DNA from: Mesotaenium endlicherianum
Lineage: Eukaryota
DNA length: 20,000 nt
Reading direction: 5' to 3'
NCBI GenBank assembly: GCA_009602735.1
Contig: WELA01001462.1
Coordinates: 675,692 to 695,691 of the forward strand
Shown piece after piece: positions 1-10,803 of this stretch; position 1 is the first letter of the stretch; every line of letters begins with the position of its first letter. Both the position numbers and the translations under genes were made by a program. Below the pieces are notes generated by a model that was given only the letters and a program-made list of their open reading frames with translations, made no database searches and was not told where the DNA came from.

Positions 1-1285
1 ATCTACGTCGCTTATCACGTAGTTTAGATATTTGTGAGAGATATCTTAATAAATTTGAACATAGTTTTCACCCAGTGAGCCATTTGCAAGATGACAGGTA
101 TTTGTAACAGGTGTAAGTTGCTCTTACTTTAACCTTCTCCTCTGTTCCCTGAAGACTCGGTTGCCTTTGAAATTTGAGGCCTTAACTCCATTCTGCAAGC
201 TCCAGAAAGAGCTTCTTTGGGACACTCTCAAACCAAACAAAAAGGATGCTTCATATCACAGGTCATTGCTAGCATATGGAAGCCGTCTTCTTCTTTCAGC
301 AGTTAATAAGGGATGAAGCCAAGCTTTGTAGCGTGTACTTACTAATCTGTGGTCAATGTAGGTCGCAAATATTGAGTAGAGTGCCACGCATAAAAGTCTC
401 ATGTCATAGTTTTGGGCCTGTACTTCAGGAAGCAAAATATCATGTGTACTTGTCTACGGTGTGTTTGCCAACATTGATAGAATACTGACATCCTGAGTTA
501 CGACCTGCTGACACCATGGTGATATGACCCCAAATATTTTGCCCACATTCACAAATAAATAGTAGGATTGTGTATCATAGTCTTGATATGATGTACGGTT
601 GACATCAAGTGCACTGGCTGCCATTCATGTCATCTTCTTCCAGAAGCATCGATGTAAGTGTATCTTATCTATTCATAGAAGCAACATCGAGAGTGAGAGC
701 GCCAGTGCGGGGGCGGGTCAGGCAGAGGCTGATAGAAAAAGGCAAAAGACCACAGAGTTGCTAAAAGAAGATTGATTCCAAAAGCTGGATAGAAAGAGAC
801 TAAGTTTCTTGAACACACTTGAAAATCTGAAGGCAATCGGGTAAATCTATTCTAAAGGCGACTTGGAATGACAATCTCATCCAGCACAATGATAAGGAAG
901 CCATATTTGCTTAATTATTTATCAAAGTTGTTTTCTCGAGTACAATCTACAGCCAAGGTACAAACAGCATCAGGCCCTTGGAGTTCGCCACATTTGTGAA
1001 ACAATTATAAAGATTTAAGAAAAATAAACGGAAAGCCTAAAAAGGCAACTTTCTTTGAATTGCAATGTTCTTGCAACCGCTTGCAATTGATTATTGCAAA
1101 CTACAATTTGATCCTGGCGACAGGGCAGAAGACCTGTATGCAAGTAGTAGCTTCCGCACGATTTGTGAAATTGGTTGAAGGCACTATAACTATCTTCAAA
1201 ATGAACATTTTGAAACAACTCTGAAAAGAGAGGCCATGAAATTGAGCTGGTGTGTGAACACTGAAGCTGCTGAATGAGGGAACTT

Positions 1286-1378
1286 GGTCAATTTTCAGCC
1301 AGGTCAATGAGGTGCAGAGTCAACACAACCAAACTTGACCCGACATTGACCTGCAGAGTCAAGAATTACTAATTGACC
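1286..1378. promoter_or_regulatory. Cluster of seven W-box-like hexamers (TTGACY/RGTCAA)
   Basis: GGTCAA at 1286 and 1302; AGTCAA at 1318 and 1357; TTGACC at 1335, 1346 and 1373. The motifs are seen directly; function is not shown. Confidence 0.4.
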
Positions 1379-2573
1379 AGGCCAGACCAGGCATGAGACC
1401 AGGCCATCGACAAAATTGCATCACCTTCGCACATGAAGCACCGACACAGCTATGCACAATCGATGACTTGCGGTAAACTGCGGTGAACAGCGATGAACGT
1501 GGAAAGTTTTGCGCCGAAACTACCGTAAAGCAAGGTGAAGGCGAACGCATCAAATTGGACACATGCAGGTGAATATTATCCTAGGACAAAGTTTTTAAAT
1601 TACGGCGATTTGCGACGAACCACCTGAAAGACAAATTATTTCTGACAGCGACAGAGCAGGTGCCCTTGGTCTCATTGCACCCATTTTTAAATTGCAACTA
1701 TGCATATATACGCGAAGCATCCAGTCTTGTGTTCGTCCTGTGGGAGCCTTTAGTTTGTTGACTTCTCCAACGCCTTCAAGTCAGCGTTGCCTTTCTACAT
1801 CACTGTTGATGATGCTTTAAAATCGCTTACTATGCTCCATTATATGCTGAGATTAGTCCAAGAACGGCAATCATAGCATGCACTGCATCCTTTTTGCAAC
1901 TAGTTCGTTCTTTAGCTGCAATCTTTCTTTGATCACCTACATATATTGGAGAAAGTCAATAAGTTATGTTTCCGAGGACGCATTCCGGAATAAGGAATCA
2001 AACTTTTGACAACAAGGCACGGTTTCAGAGAAGGTAATATAGCTTATGACTACTAGAGCTGGTTTAAGCTAGACCCGGTGGAGCCTCAGTCTCCGACTCT
2101 TCTCTTGCTTCCTGTCAGAAGTTGATGTTCTTTGCATCTCGGTTTTAAGCTTTCCTCTGTGAGTTCTCAAACATGGATGTCCTTCCAAGAACCGTAGCCA
2201 GGAAATTGGGGGCTTCCTCATGTCCTTGTTCACGTGAGGGACTGCTTGACAGTGGTGTTCTAGTCTCATGTGGTACATTGTAAAATTCTTGACACTGTTG
2301 GTGTACTACAATTGCATCTTGGCGACAGCCTCCCTTGTAATACGAGATGGCAGAAAGTTGGTAGTGGAACTGGGGTGATGGAATGAGTCTTCTGGAGCTC
2401 TATGCCCGGCACCTCTGAAATTCACGACCCTGCTTACAGCTGGTTCAAGTTTTGCCTCTGGTCACTTTACATGAGGGCAATGGTTAGGTCAATCCCTCTC
2501 ATTCAGGCAGGGCAAAGAACTTGTGATTTAGAGGGAGGCGCTTTGTTTCTTTGACAGGACGCGGCAAACAGCG

Positions 2574-5500
2574 ATGCTACTACTTGTTGTTCTAGGAAAT
2601 GCTGCTATAGTGTTCCTCCTGTACAGTTCTGCTCCGGGCATCTCTCCCCCAGTCAACAACCCCAAAGTAGCAGCTCCTGTGGAAAAGGAGACCCCTAAAG
2701 GCGCTCTATCTCAACTCCCTTCTGCGCATCAAAGAGAGTGAGTGGGATCGTCTCTTTTTCGCATCTGAAAATTGAACACATGTCACAATGAGTAGCCTCA
2801 TATTAGTTCCGGATAAGTCACAGTAGTGGACCTTGTAAGGCCGTTGGAGAGGTGCATTGGCTATGCCAAAAGACCAACCCAACACCTGTACGAAAGCCTC
2901 ACATATTCTGCATGCTAGCTTTTGACAATGTTCTCTCTGCAAAGTGCAGGTTCAATGGTGGGCATGGGTTGCAAGGCTTTGTGTACTTCAGTGGATACAG
3001 GATACAAATGAACGAGTTTGCAGCATTGGGCTTGGCGGCCCTTGTTCTTCATGACCTCAAGCAAGCGGATGCATGCAGGTGTGTGTGTCCCTGCACCCTC
3101 AGCCCTCGACTCTAGTAGAGACAAATCTGTACGTGCACCACATGGATCAACATGTGTTCTCTCGTCCCCTTGCCCTCCATGCGACGTGCATGGATGGCAG
3201 TGCGATGCTGCTGGAGAGGAGCATCGGGCTCCCATTTCTCAAAGGGAGCCTGCTTGCGGAGCTGGTGAGCGCGCAGATGGGTGATGCCCAACGGCACCTC
3301 CATCCAGGGCAGCATCCAGATGCACTATCCGGGAGAGCACCACGCGCGCATGTACGAGACCATCATCCTCAAGTGCCTGCTCGCCCGCCCTGCTCTGGGC
3401 CTGTGAGTCCACACCTGCCACCCCTTTCATCTTGCAGACGACGTCTGTCACCATCAGGTGCGGGTGGTGCTTGCTTGTCCTCATATGCATACGTAATTGT
3501 GCGTGCGAACGCGTGCACAGTATGGGTGGGAGCCTGATGATGACGATAGATGGGGAAGAAGTGCCGGTGTACTCGGAGGAGCCGGGTACAGATCCTCATG
3601 AGGTGCTGGCGGGTGCGCCCTACAAGCGCTTCCTCACCTACTGCTCGCCGCCCATGTACGGCTCTATCGACCCCCAGCGCGTCAAGGAGTGGCTGGAGTA
3701 CCACCGGAGCACGCACGGTGTTGACGTGAGTTGCCCCTAAGTCCTGCCGAAGGAAGGATCTTGCGTGCTGTGTATGCCACTGCCATCCTGCTGCCGTGGG
3801 GCATGGATGTCGGCACGAGGGGGGGCACGAGGGGGNNNNNNNNNNNNNNNNNNNNNNNNNNNNNNNNNNNNNNNNNNNNNNNNNNNNNNNNNNNNNNNNN
3901 NNNNNNNNNNNNNNNNNNNNNNNNNNNNNNNNNNNNNNNNNNNNNNNNNNNNNNNNNNNNNNNNNNNNNNNNNNNNNNNNNNNNNNNNNNNNNNNNNNNN
4001 NNNNNNNNNNNNNNNNNNNNNNNNNNNNNNNNNNNNNNNNNNNNNNNNNNNNNNNNNNNNNNNNNNNNNNNNNNNNNNNNNNNNNNNNNNNNNNNNNNNN
4101 NNNNNNNNNNNNNNNNNNNNNNNNNNNNNNNNNNNNNNNNNNNNNNNNNNNNNNNNNNNNNNNNNNNNNNNNNNNNNNNNNNNNNNNNNNNNNNNNNNNN
4201 NNNNNNGGGGGGGGGGATTTGAAGCATAAAATGCGAAGCGCGATTCTTTCATAGTGTTTTCCAAAAAAGAATCGATATGACTTTGGTAAGTGAGCGTGAG
4301 GGGGTGGGCAGCACGTGCACATGTACGACGCGGGCGGGCTGGACGCGGACGTGATGAAGGTGCTGCAGCCGTACCTGGATGCGGGCACCATGGACATCAC
4401 GGACATCAAGGCCTCTCTCAAGTATGACACATGGCTCTACAGCCAGGTGAGCAGGCAGCATGCCCGTGGCCCTCGCCCTCTTCACCTACTAGAGCTTCCA
4501 GCAACGGCCGTTGCTGCTGCTGCAGGTGAACTCGTGCATGTCCCGCATGGTGGGTGGTGGGTGTACTGCGTGCACACTTGGCCTGATGTTGAGGGCGGGA
4601 GCCCGGGGATGCAGGTGCTTGTCGTGAATGACTGTGCGCTGCGGACCAGGGCTACTAGCAGGTGGGCTCTCATGATGGACATTGACGAGTACTTGCACGT
4701 CACGGCAGCGCCCCACACGCTCCCCAGCTTTTTGAAACCGATGCCAAACATCTCGTGGGTGTCCATAGGGAGCCTGTCGTACACCATTGACACGTGTGGC
4801 GCGCCCGTGGTCAGTCACTCTCCTCCTCCTTTTCCTCCTCCTCTTGGGCTGTGTCGCCCACTCAAGTGCAACTGTCACCTGTAGCCTATATGTGGCTTCC
4901 AGCAGCACATTCTTACGTGCTTCCATCGAGCAGGCGTGTAGCTGCTGACTCCTCATCCCAATGCACCACGCCAGGCCTTTCTCCTCCTTGCCGTGATTTG
5001 AAGCGCCCCTTTCACAGGCCAGCTGCTGATGAGCGCTTTTTTGAGGGAAGGGGGCATCAGGAAGGAGGGCCTCACTCGTGGGCTGTGGAGAGGCTGGTGT
5101 TCCACGAGCCCAGCGTCCACTGCAGAGACCCGTCAAAGTACCCCAGGTCAGCTCTCCCTTAGCTGCCGCTTCTTCTTCTTTCAACGCTCACTCTTGGAGG
5201 CTTGAGCGAAGGTCTCTGTGGCAAAGCCACCCCATGTCTGTGCTTTTCCTTCACCGCCAAATCTGAGGATCGCGTGCTAGGAGGTTGCGCCGTGCAATAG
5301 TGCTGCATGGGTCTAGGATTTTGTGAAGGAAAGTACGTTATGTATAGACTACCCAGTCCTTTTTGGACTCATATCCAGGAGAGGTCGAGCTGGGTCTTAT
5401 TCAGCGGATGTGGACACGAGGGTGCAGCCGAGAGCTTTGCTTGAAGTGGGATGGGCACCGAAAGTACGTGGTCAACCCCAGGCGCATAGAGGTGCTACAG

Positions 5501-5704
5501 ATTCACCGCGTCATGGAGCCGGCTGAAGGCGGCATGAACTCGCACACGTCCCTCATCCGCCTCAACCACTTCCGAGGCCTTGGCATCAAGGACAAGCCCA
5601 TCTGCCGACAGTCACTCAGCTTCTCCAACCCGGCCCCCAAGGGGTTTGTACGGGACCCCTCAGTTGCCCGCATGGCTCTGGCTGTGCGGCGTAAGATGAG
5701 GTAG
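2574..5704 (+). CDS. Spliced GT92/DUF23 glycosyltransferase, galactan beta-1,4-galactosyltransferase (GALS)-like, type II membrane protein
   Basis: Exons with GT-AG boundaries and matching phases: 2558/2574-2737 (TM segment MLLLVVLGNAAIVFLLYSS), 2950-3078 (FNGGHGLQGFVYFSGYR...FAALGL), 3277-3402 (WVMP...MYETIILKC), 3521-3725 (YCSPPMYGSIDPQRVKEWLEYH), 4312-4446 (HVHMYDAGG), 4615-4809 (VVNDC...WALMMDIDEYL, DxD motif), 5061-5146 (WAVERLVF), 5428-5704 (HRKYVVNP...IH...RLNHFRG, stop TAG). Motifs resemble plant GALS as recalled (YCGSSLYGNLSPQRVREWIAYH, HDAGG, VNDC, DVDEF, RKY, HYHG). The 5' structure is uncertain: possible first exon 2471-2487 (MRAMVR) and possible small exon ~2824-2851. Confidence 0.88.
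3836..4206. other. Assembly gap (N run) inside a GT92 intron
   Basis: Run of N flanked by G-rich tracts. The exons on either side join in frame (GVD|HVHMYDAGG), so probably no coding sequence is missing. Confidence 0.95.
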
Positions 5705-5887
5705 CAAGGGAGCGCCCTTTTCTCTTCTTTACCCTGTGCTACTGCTGCAACATTCACTAACGTCACACATGAGACTGTAAAGGGCTCCAAGTTCCAATGG
5801 TTTTCTCCCCCCCCACTTGAGGTTCTCAAGTCCGCAATTCTCTGAAGAAGGGCTGACTTAAAAATCTATGGTTAATTGCCATACAAA

Positions 5888-5970
5888 CAATTTGACAATT
5901 TGTATTCAAATTGCCTGATTTCGAAAGAAAGAAGGTGATATTAGAAAGAATAGTAGGAGTATTAGTATGC
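5888..5970 (+). repeat. 83-bp direct repeat, copy 1 (putative terminal split direct repeat)
   Basis: CAATTTGACAATTTGTATTCAAA...ATTAGTATGC matches 6590-6672 with one mismatch. Confidence 0.93.
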
Positions 5971-6166
5971 TACACTTGCGCGTCATTTTGTTCTTGTCTA
6001 GTCCTTTCCTACATGCTGTTACGCTTATCTGTACTTGACTAATCAATAACAAGACAAAGAGGTCAAAACAACTATATTCCAACTCCTAACCAACACTACT
6101 AATCGACGAAAACATATTGTAACACTAACAAAACAACAACCACCCTATTGTGCATACCAAAGACTA

Positions 6167-6549
6167 TTGCTGGCACCAACTTCGTTGCCTGCCTTGTGCC
6201 TCTCCCAGTGGAGTGGAGGGTTAGAGGGGTGGGTAAGTGGGTATATGTAGCAGCTACCTTCCTGTTGCAATGAGGCTTCTGTGCAACGAGACGCCTTATG
6301 AAGCTTTTGTTTGTCGAGGAGACACAACACGTGTGAAATTGATCAAGTTTGAACACTGTTGCTGGCACCAACTTCGTTGCCCGCCTCGTGCCTCTCCCCG
6401 TGGATTGGGGGGTTAGAGGGGTGGGTGGGTGGGTATGTGTAGCAACTACCTTCCTGCTGCAATGAGGCTTCTTTGCAACGAGAAGCCTTATGAGGGTTTT
6501 GTTTGTCGATGAGACACAACACATGTGATATCGATCAGATTTGAACACT
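6167..6549. repeat. Tandem duplication with 192-bp period (two diverged copies)
   Basis: TTGCTGGCACCAACTTCGTTGCC...TTTGAACACT starts at 6167 and again at 6359; colinear, with substitutions. Confidence 0.93.
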
Positions 6550-6600
6550 TGTCAAACTTTGGTTTGCGACATGAAATGTCGCAAACCTTCAATTTGACAA
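6549..6600. repeat. Inverted repeat / hairpin
   Basis: GGTTTGCGACAT (6561-6572), loop GAA, ATGTCGCAAACC (6576-6587) form a perfect 12-bp stem. Outer arms are TTGTCAAA (6549-6556) and TTTGACAA (6593-6600). Confidence 0.88.
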
Positions 6601-6672
6601 TTTGTGTTCAAATTGCCTGATTTCGAAAGAAAGAAGGTGATATTAGAAAGAATAGTAGGAGTATTAGTATGC
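6590..6672 (+). repeat. 83-bp direct repeat, copy 2 (internal copy just downstream of the YR stop)
   Basis: Matches 5888-5970 with one mismatch (A/G). Confidence 0.93.
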
Positions 6673-6776
6673 AATATTAATAGCATACAAGGTACTTCTA
6701 GGCTAGGCTAGTGGTTAGCGTAGAAGTTGGGTCTTATCTAAGTAGTGGCCCCTACGGGTCGTACTACATGGTATTG

Positions 6777-7821
6777 CTACTTGCGTCTAAAAGCTGCTAG
6801 AATTTGCTCTTGGTCATAGGGAGCATCGCTAGCATCGTCAGGGATGGCTATGGTTCGGGCCGCGGATGCCAGTGACTGCTGCAGGTGAAGCACGTATGGC
6901 TCTTTTCCTCGAGCAGATTTCCATCTGCCCATAGTTTGGGCTACGGCATCTGGGACGCCCAAGTTGGCGGCTGCTGTGGCGGCTCCCTTTCGCAAGGAGT
7001 GCGTCCCCATGTTCTGTGTAAGGCCCACCGATGCGAATAGTTCCTTGCACCACTTATTCACAGTGGCGTGTGAGGCGGGCTGGAGAGAAGATCTGCCAGA
7101 TGTATATGCCGAATTAGAGGTCCATCGAGAGCATACTCTGGAATCTCCGCCACTAACCTACACAACATTTTTACCGGGCACCACTTGGAGTTGCTTGCGT
7201 GAAGGGCACCCCATGGCCCTCACCAATTTGGTCCGTCTTAGAGGACGGGAGGTGCAAGTAAATGGCTGTGATGTTTGGACCACCCGTGATGTCGAGATCC
7301 TGAATTCTGGTTTTGGCCAGATCTGAGTATCGCAGACAAGCACTATACATGAGCATCATCGCGGCCACCTTCATGAGCGATGCGGCGGTGGCACCTGGCC
7401 CTGCGTGCTTTTCAAAAATCGCAGTGAGGGTGCAGGGTGCGACCGGCATCATGGTGTGCTTGGGTCTGGGCAGCAACCTTTGCGCTGCTTTTCTAAGGGT
7501 ACTGATTTTGTTGTGCAATGTGGGGCTAGGTAGCTCCGCTAGTCGATGCACGCAAAAGATTGCAGCCGATGACAAATGGTATGTAGACCAGGTGACACGC
7601 TCCTGGATGAGGTACAAGCAGTAGAGCCTGATCACCTCGACTGGCGCCGGAAGATCCTGCAAATTATGCATTTTGCACCACCGTTGAAAACGCATCCAGT
7701 AAGTGTTGTAAGTACGCAGACTGGTAGGCGCGATAGTGTGGAGCAACACGTCCACGCTCGTGGCTTCCAAGGCTTGTAAGGCCGGATTTTCGAAAAGTCG
7801 ATATTCTGCTCAGCACCTCAT
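6777..7821 (-). pseudogene. Tyrosine recombinase (phage-integrase fold) of the DIRS element, frameshifted
   Basis: N-terminal helical domain (TSLRTYNTYWMRFQRWC), then CLRYSDL (R), SKTDQ (K), WCPV and DGPLIR in a second frame (~7105-7190), and THSLRKGAAT (HxxR), GRWKS, EPY (Y) in a third frame. This implies two frameshifts. A possible ATG at 7821 overlaps the pol stop and is followed by an in-frame TGA at 7810-7812. Confidence 0.9.
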
Positions 7822-9908
7822 ACACCCAGGCGTAAGGCTAGCACCATGCACAGAGGGATGCCCTTGCCCCCAAACGCAGCCTTGTCTGTGCCAGGCAACG
7901 AAATTGAGGAGCTATAGCCTAGCGGAATGCTCGCGTGCACACAATCTATCCACTCCGCATCGCTATCTAGCAACCGCGGCCACCAGCTGGCTGACTGCCA
8001 CTGGAGTATCACTAGCGTGCAATTGGCCTTGCATCGCAGCACGTGGTCGACTACTGGAGCGACCATCTGAGGTGGTGGAAAACAATAGTTGTTTTCACCT
8101 GCCCAGTGCTCGGTGAGGGCATTTATGGCCTCAGCGCCCACCACTAGCCACCTAGAGTTGAACCTCGACAAGCGCGTGTTGCTTGCTGTGGCAAATCTAT
8201 CGATCGAATGCGGCCCCCACTCTGCTTCTAGTCTTTGAAAAGCCTCCGGTTGCAGGAAAAAGTCGTCCAAGTCTTTCCGCTTAGAGAGCTCGTCTGCCAC
8301 TGCATTCAATTCCCTAGGAATCCACTCTACGAACAAGTTGAGTTGGTGTCTAAGGCTAATACCAAATACTTGAGCACAAGCATTTGCTAAATCTGCCCTA
8401 GACGAGCCGCCTTTTCTCAACACATAATACATTGCTTGGCTGTCGACGCGCAAGAGCACTTGTCGCCCGCCTATCATTTGGATGGCTTTATCCAACGCTG
8501 CCTTCGCGGCAAGTATCTCTCTTGATGTTGACGATCCCCCGATGCTAGCAGTGGGGAGTTGGCCCAGCAATTCCCACGTCTGCCCTGAGGCCACCGATCT
8601 CAGTACTGCGCCCCATGTGGTCACGCTAGCGTCGGTGTGCATGACAAAATCAGGGGCCATGGTGGCCCGAATGGGAGCACCATTCAACTTATCAAAGTGC
8701 TCCTCCCAAAACGCAAGCTCGTGGAGCAGCCCTTCCGTCGTGGGGACCATGTCATCCCGAGTAAACCCCTGGTTGATAACAGTGTACATATGGCGTGTGT
8801 ACATGCCCGCGGTGCCCCCAAAAGCCACCTTCATGGAAATTAGCTGGCCTGCTAAAGATGCTATCGTTCTAATGTGCACGCTACGGGTCCTGTGGGCCAT
8901 AGCTCGAACGTGGAGGAGTGTTAGCAGAAGCTTTTCCTTGCGCGTCTTGCCAATGTGCACCCAAAGTTTCCGAGTGTCTATCACAACGCCCAAGAACTGT
9001 GTGATTTTTGAACACGTAAGTATTGCCTTCTGCATATTCACCACGAATCCTGCTAGTGCAAGTTCGCCGAACACCAGCCGCATTGTTCGCGCGTGGGCGT
9101 CCTCACTGGGACAGCTCACCAGAAAATTGTCTAGATATGCTATGACTCGTATCCCCATCTGCCTCCACCTTCCCACCAGCTCTTTCACCACTCGTGTGAA
9201 TACGTAAGGTGCGATCGCAAGTCCGAATGGGAGACATGTGAAAGTGTAAATTTTCTTATCCAGCTCGAACCCCAAGAACGTATGTGCATCTTCGTGCATC
9301 TTGACGTGATGATAGCCAGACCTGAGGTCAATGGTAAACACGAAGTCGTCTACGTGCACGACATTGACTAACTTATCCAACCCCTCGTACTTAAATTTTA
9401 CTTTTTTCAACGCTTTGTTCACGTGGCGCAGGTCATGAATTAATCGTAACTTCTTGCCCTCGACCACGTTCAAGGGGCATATGCAGTGTGGGAGACCTGG
9501 GAGAGTCCACTCTCTGGCAGCTCCGGAGGCTACTAGCTCCCCCACTGATTCACGGGCAAATTGTATGTGTTTCTCCACACCTTTATGGTTGCGCTGGTGA
9601 TGCGGAGGTGCAGTATGCGTGTCCCACACCAACTTGTAGCCACTCTCAATGGTAAAGAGGACTAACGAAGACGTACACCAACGTTTCCACCAGGCAACAT
9701 TTGCTCCCAAATTTCTTGCTACCACGGTTGCTTTCGGTGGTACCTTCGATGCGGCGCCGTCCGACTGCACGGCTTCTTCCTTCCGCCCCAAGTACACTTG
9801 GAGTTCGTGTTCGAAATCCTTCTCATCGCTCACGAAATTACCTATGACCCCACACACGATATAGCATACCCGCGGTTGGTCTTGGCCACGATGCCTCGAA
9901 CGTGTCAA
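7818..9908 (-). CDS. pol: DIRS pol: reverse transcriptase + RNase H + N6-adenine-methyltransferase-like domain (RT catalytic motif mutated)
   Basis: 696-aa ORF. RT: KKLRLIHDLRHVN, IDLRSGYHH, LPFGLAIAP, YLDN at 9126-9137 (expected YxDD), FLGVVID. RNase H: HTDAS, SREILA, VDSQ, WIPRELNAVADELS. MT: IDRFAT...RFNSRW...YCFPP...WQSASWWP. Confidence 0.92.
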   Translation of the reverse strand: MTRSRHRGQDQPRVCYIVCGVIGNFVSDEKDFEHELQVYLGRKEEAVQSDGAASKVPPKATVVARNLGANVAWWKRWCTSSLVLFTIESGYKLVWDTHTAPPHHQRNHKGVEKHIQFARESVGELVASGAAREWTLPGLPHCICPLNVVEGKKLRLIHDLRHVNKALKKVKFKYEGLDKLVNVVHVDDFVFTIDLRSGYHHVKMHEDAHTFLGFELDKKIYTFTCLPFGLAIAPYVFTRVVKELVGRWRQMGIRVIAYLDNFLVSCPSEDAHARTMRLVFGELALAGFVVNMQKAILTCSKITQFLGVVIDTRKLWVHIGKTRKEKLLLTLLHVRAMAHRTRSVHIRTIASLAGQLISMKVAFGGTAGMYTRHMYTVINQGFTRDDMVPTTEGLLHELAFWEEHFDKLNGAPIRATMAPDFVMHTDASVTTWGAVLRSVASGQTWELLGQLPTASIGGSSTSREILAAKAALDKAIQMIGGRQVLLRVDSQAMYYVLRKGGSSRADLANACAQVFGISLRHQLNLFVEWIPRELNAVADELSKRKDLDDFFLQPEAFQRLEAEWGPHSIDRFATASNTRLSRFNSRWLVVGAEAINALTEHWAGENNYCFPPPQMVAPVVDHVLRCKANCTLVILQWQSASWWPRLLDSDAEWIDCVHASIPLGYSSSISLPGTDKAAFGGKGIPLCMVLALRLGV

Positions 9909-10340
9909 CGATTGACTGGCATCCTACATTACCCTGCTCCGCAATTGCAGCATCGGGGTACGCTATGCATGCACCGGCAACCGATTTGTGTGGCACATGT
10001 GTGCACCCTTTTGACATCGCATTGCAGCCCCTCTATACGCGGCGATCCAAATTCCATAGGAGTGATCCCAACCATGCTCCCACTGCCAATGCCTATATGG
10101 TTGGCAAGAGCCTTCATGCATACTTGCGCCAGTGCGCGTGAATTCAATTTGTGCTTTGAAAACCTTTCGGCGACCCTCCTCTAGCCTATAGCAGCCTTGC
10201 AAATACAACGCGCCAGTGCGCGAGGGGCGACACGCCAACAAACCAAAAAACCAGCCGCGAGAACCAAAGCTCAATGAGAGTGGTCTCCATTCGTGCGCAA
10301 TCTGCCAGCGCCTAGGAGGCCTGAAGGGGCTTTCTTCCAC
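9820..10340 (-). pseudogene. Degenerate gag-like remnant of the DIRS element
   Basis: Broken zinc-knuckle-like motifs (RCCNCGAG*, CYIVCGVIGNFVSD) and an EHGW motif spread over different frames immediately upstream of pol. Confidence 0.4.
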
Positions 10341-10803
10341 TTACACACATCCATACGTGCGGCGTACGTCCCTCGATAAGAGGGACATGCATCATCCGCC
10401 TACTATTTTGCCCAACAAGCAAACTGACGTAACGGCAACTATAACAACCAACAAAACGGCCACAAAATATTTACAACAAACACCATCATGTATGCAACGA
10501 CCACAGCAAGAATCGAGTCACCAACCAATCAAACATAACCAATAGCAACAATAATTACAAACAAATATTTGTGGAGTCCTAGGCCTGGTATCCCACCCAC
10601 GTCCAACAATGTCATGCTCCTTAACGTGAGCATGTGCACCCAAAAGTCCAGGGGGCCTAGGTGGCCAACCAATGCAGCAACAATTTGCCAATCAAAATAA
10701 TAATAATCATAAAATCGTACCAAAAAATTAAATTGTCCATGGAGGCCAAAGGCCTGGTTAACAATGTCCAACTATTCACACTCCAAGTAACCAAAAAAGG
10801 CTA

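Larger units (their letters stand above)
5888..10340 (-). mobile_element. DIRS-order (DIRS1/PAT-like) tyrosine-recombinase retrotransposon, degenerate
   Basis: Order gag remnant - RT/RNaseH/adenine-MTase-like - tyrosine recombinase, followed by duplicated 83-bp terminal direct repeats. The 5' boundary is not defined. Confidence 0.88.

Noticed and set aside
1015..2278. Short ORFs (<70 aa) in the upstream region
   Set aside because: No recognisable motifs; lengths are compatible with chance.
3369..4430. Several long ORFs spanning the N run
   Set aside because: Artefacts of translating through the assembly gap.
6099..6548. 149-aa - strand ORF with an internal repeat as a real protein
   Set aside because: Explained by the 192-bp duplication; non-ATG start and no domain.
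5888..6672. CRISPR-like array
   Set aside because: Only two-copy repeats of 83 and 192 bp; no repeat-spacer periodicity and no cas genes.
8482..9207. 241-aa + strand ORF
   Set aside because: Antisense to the DIRS RT/RNase H; no domain features.
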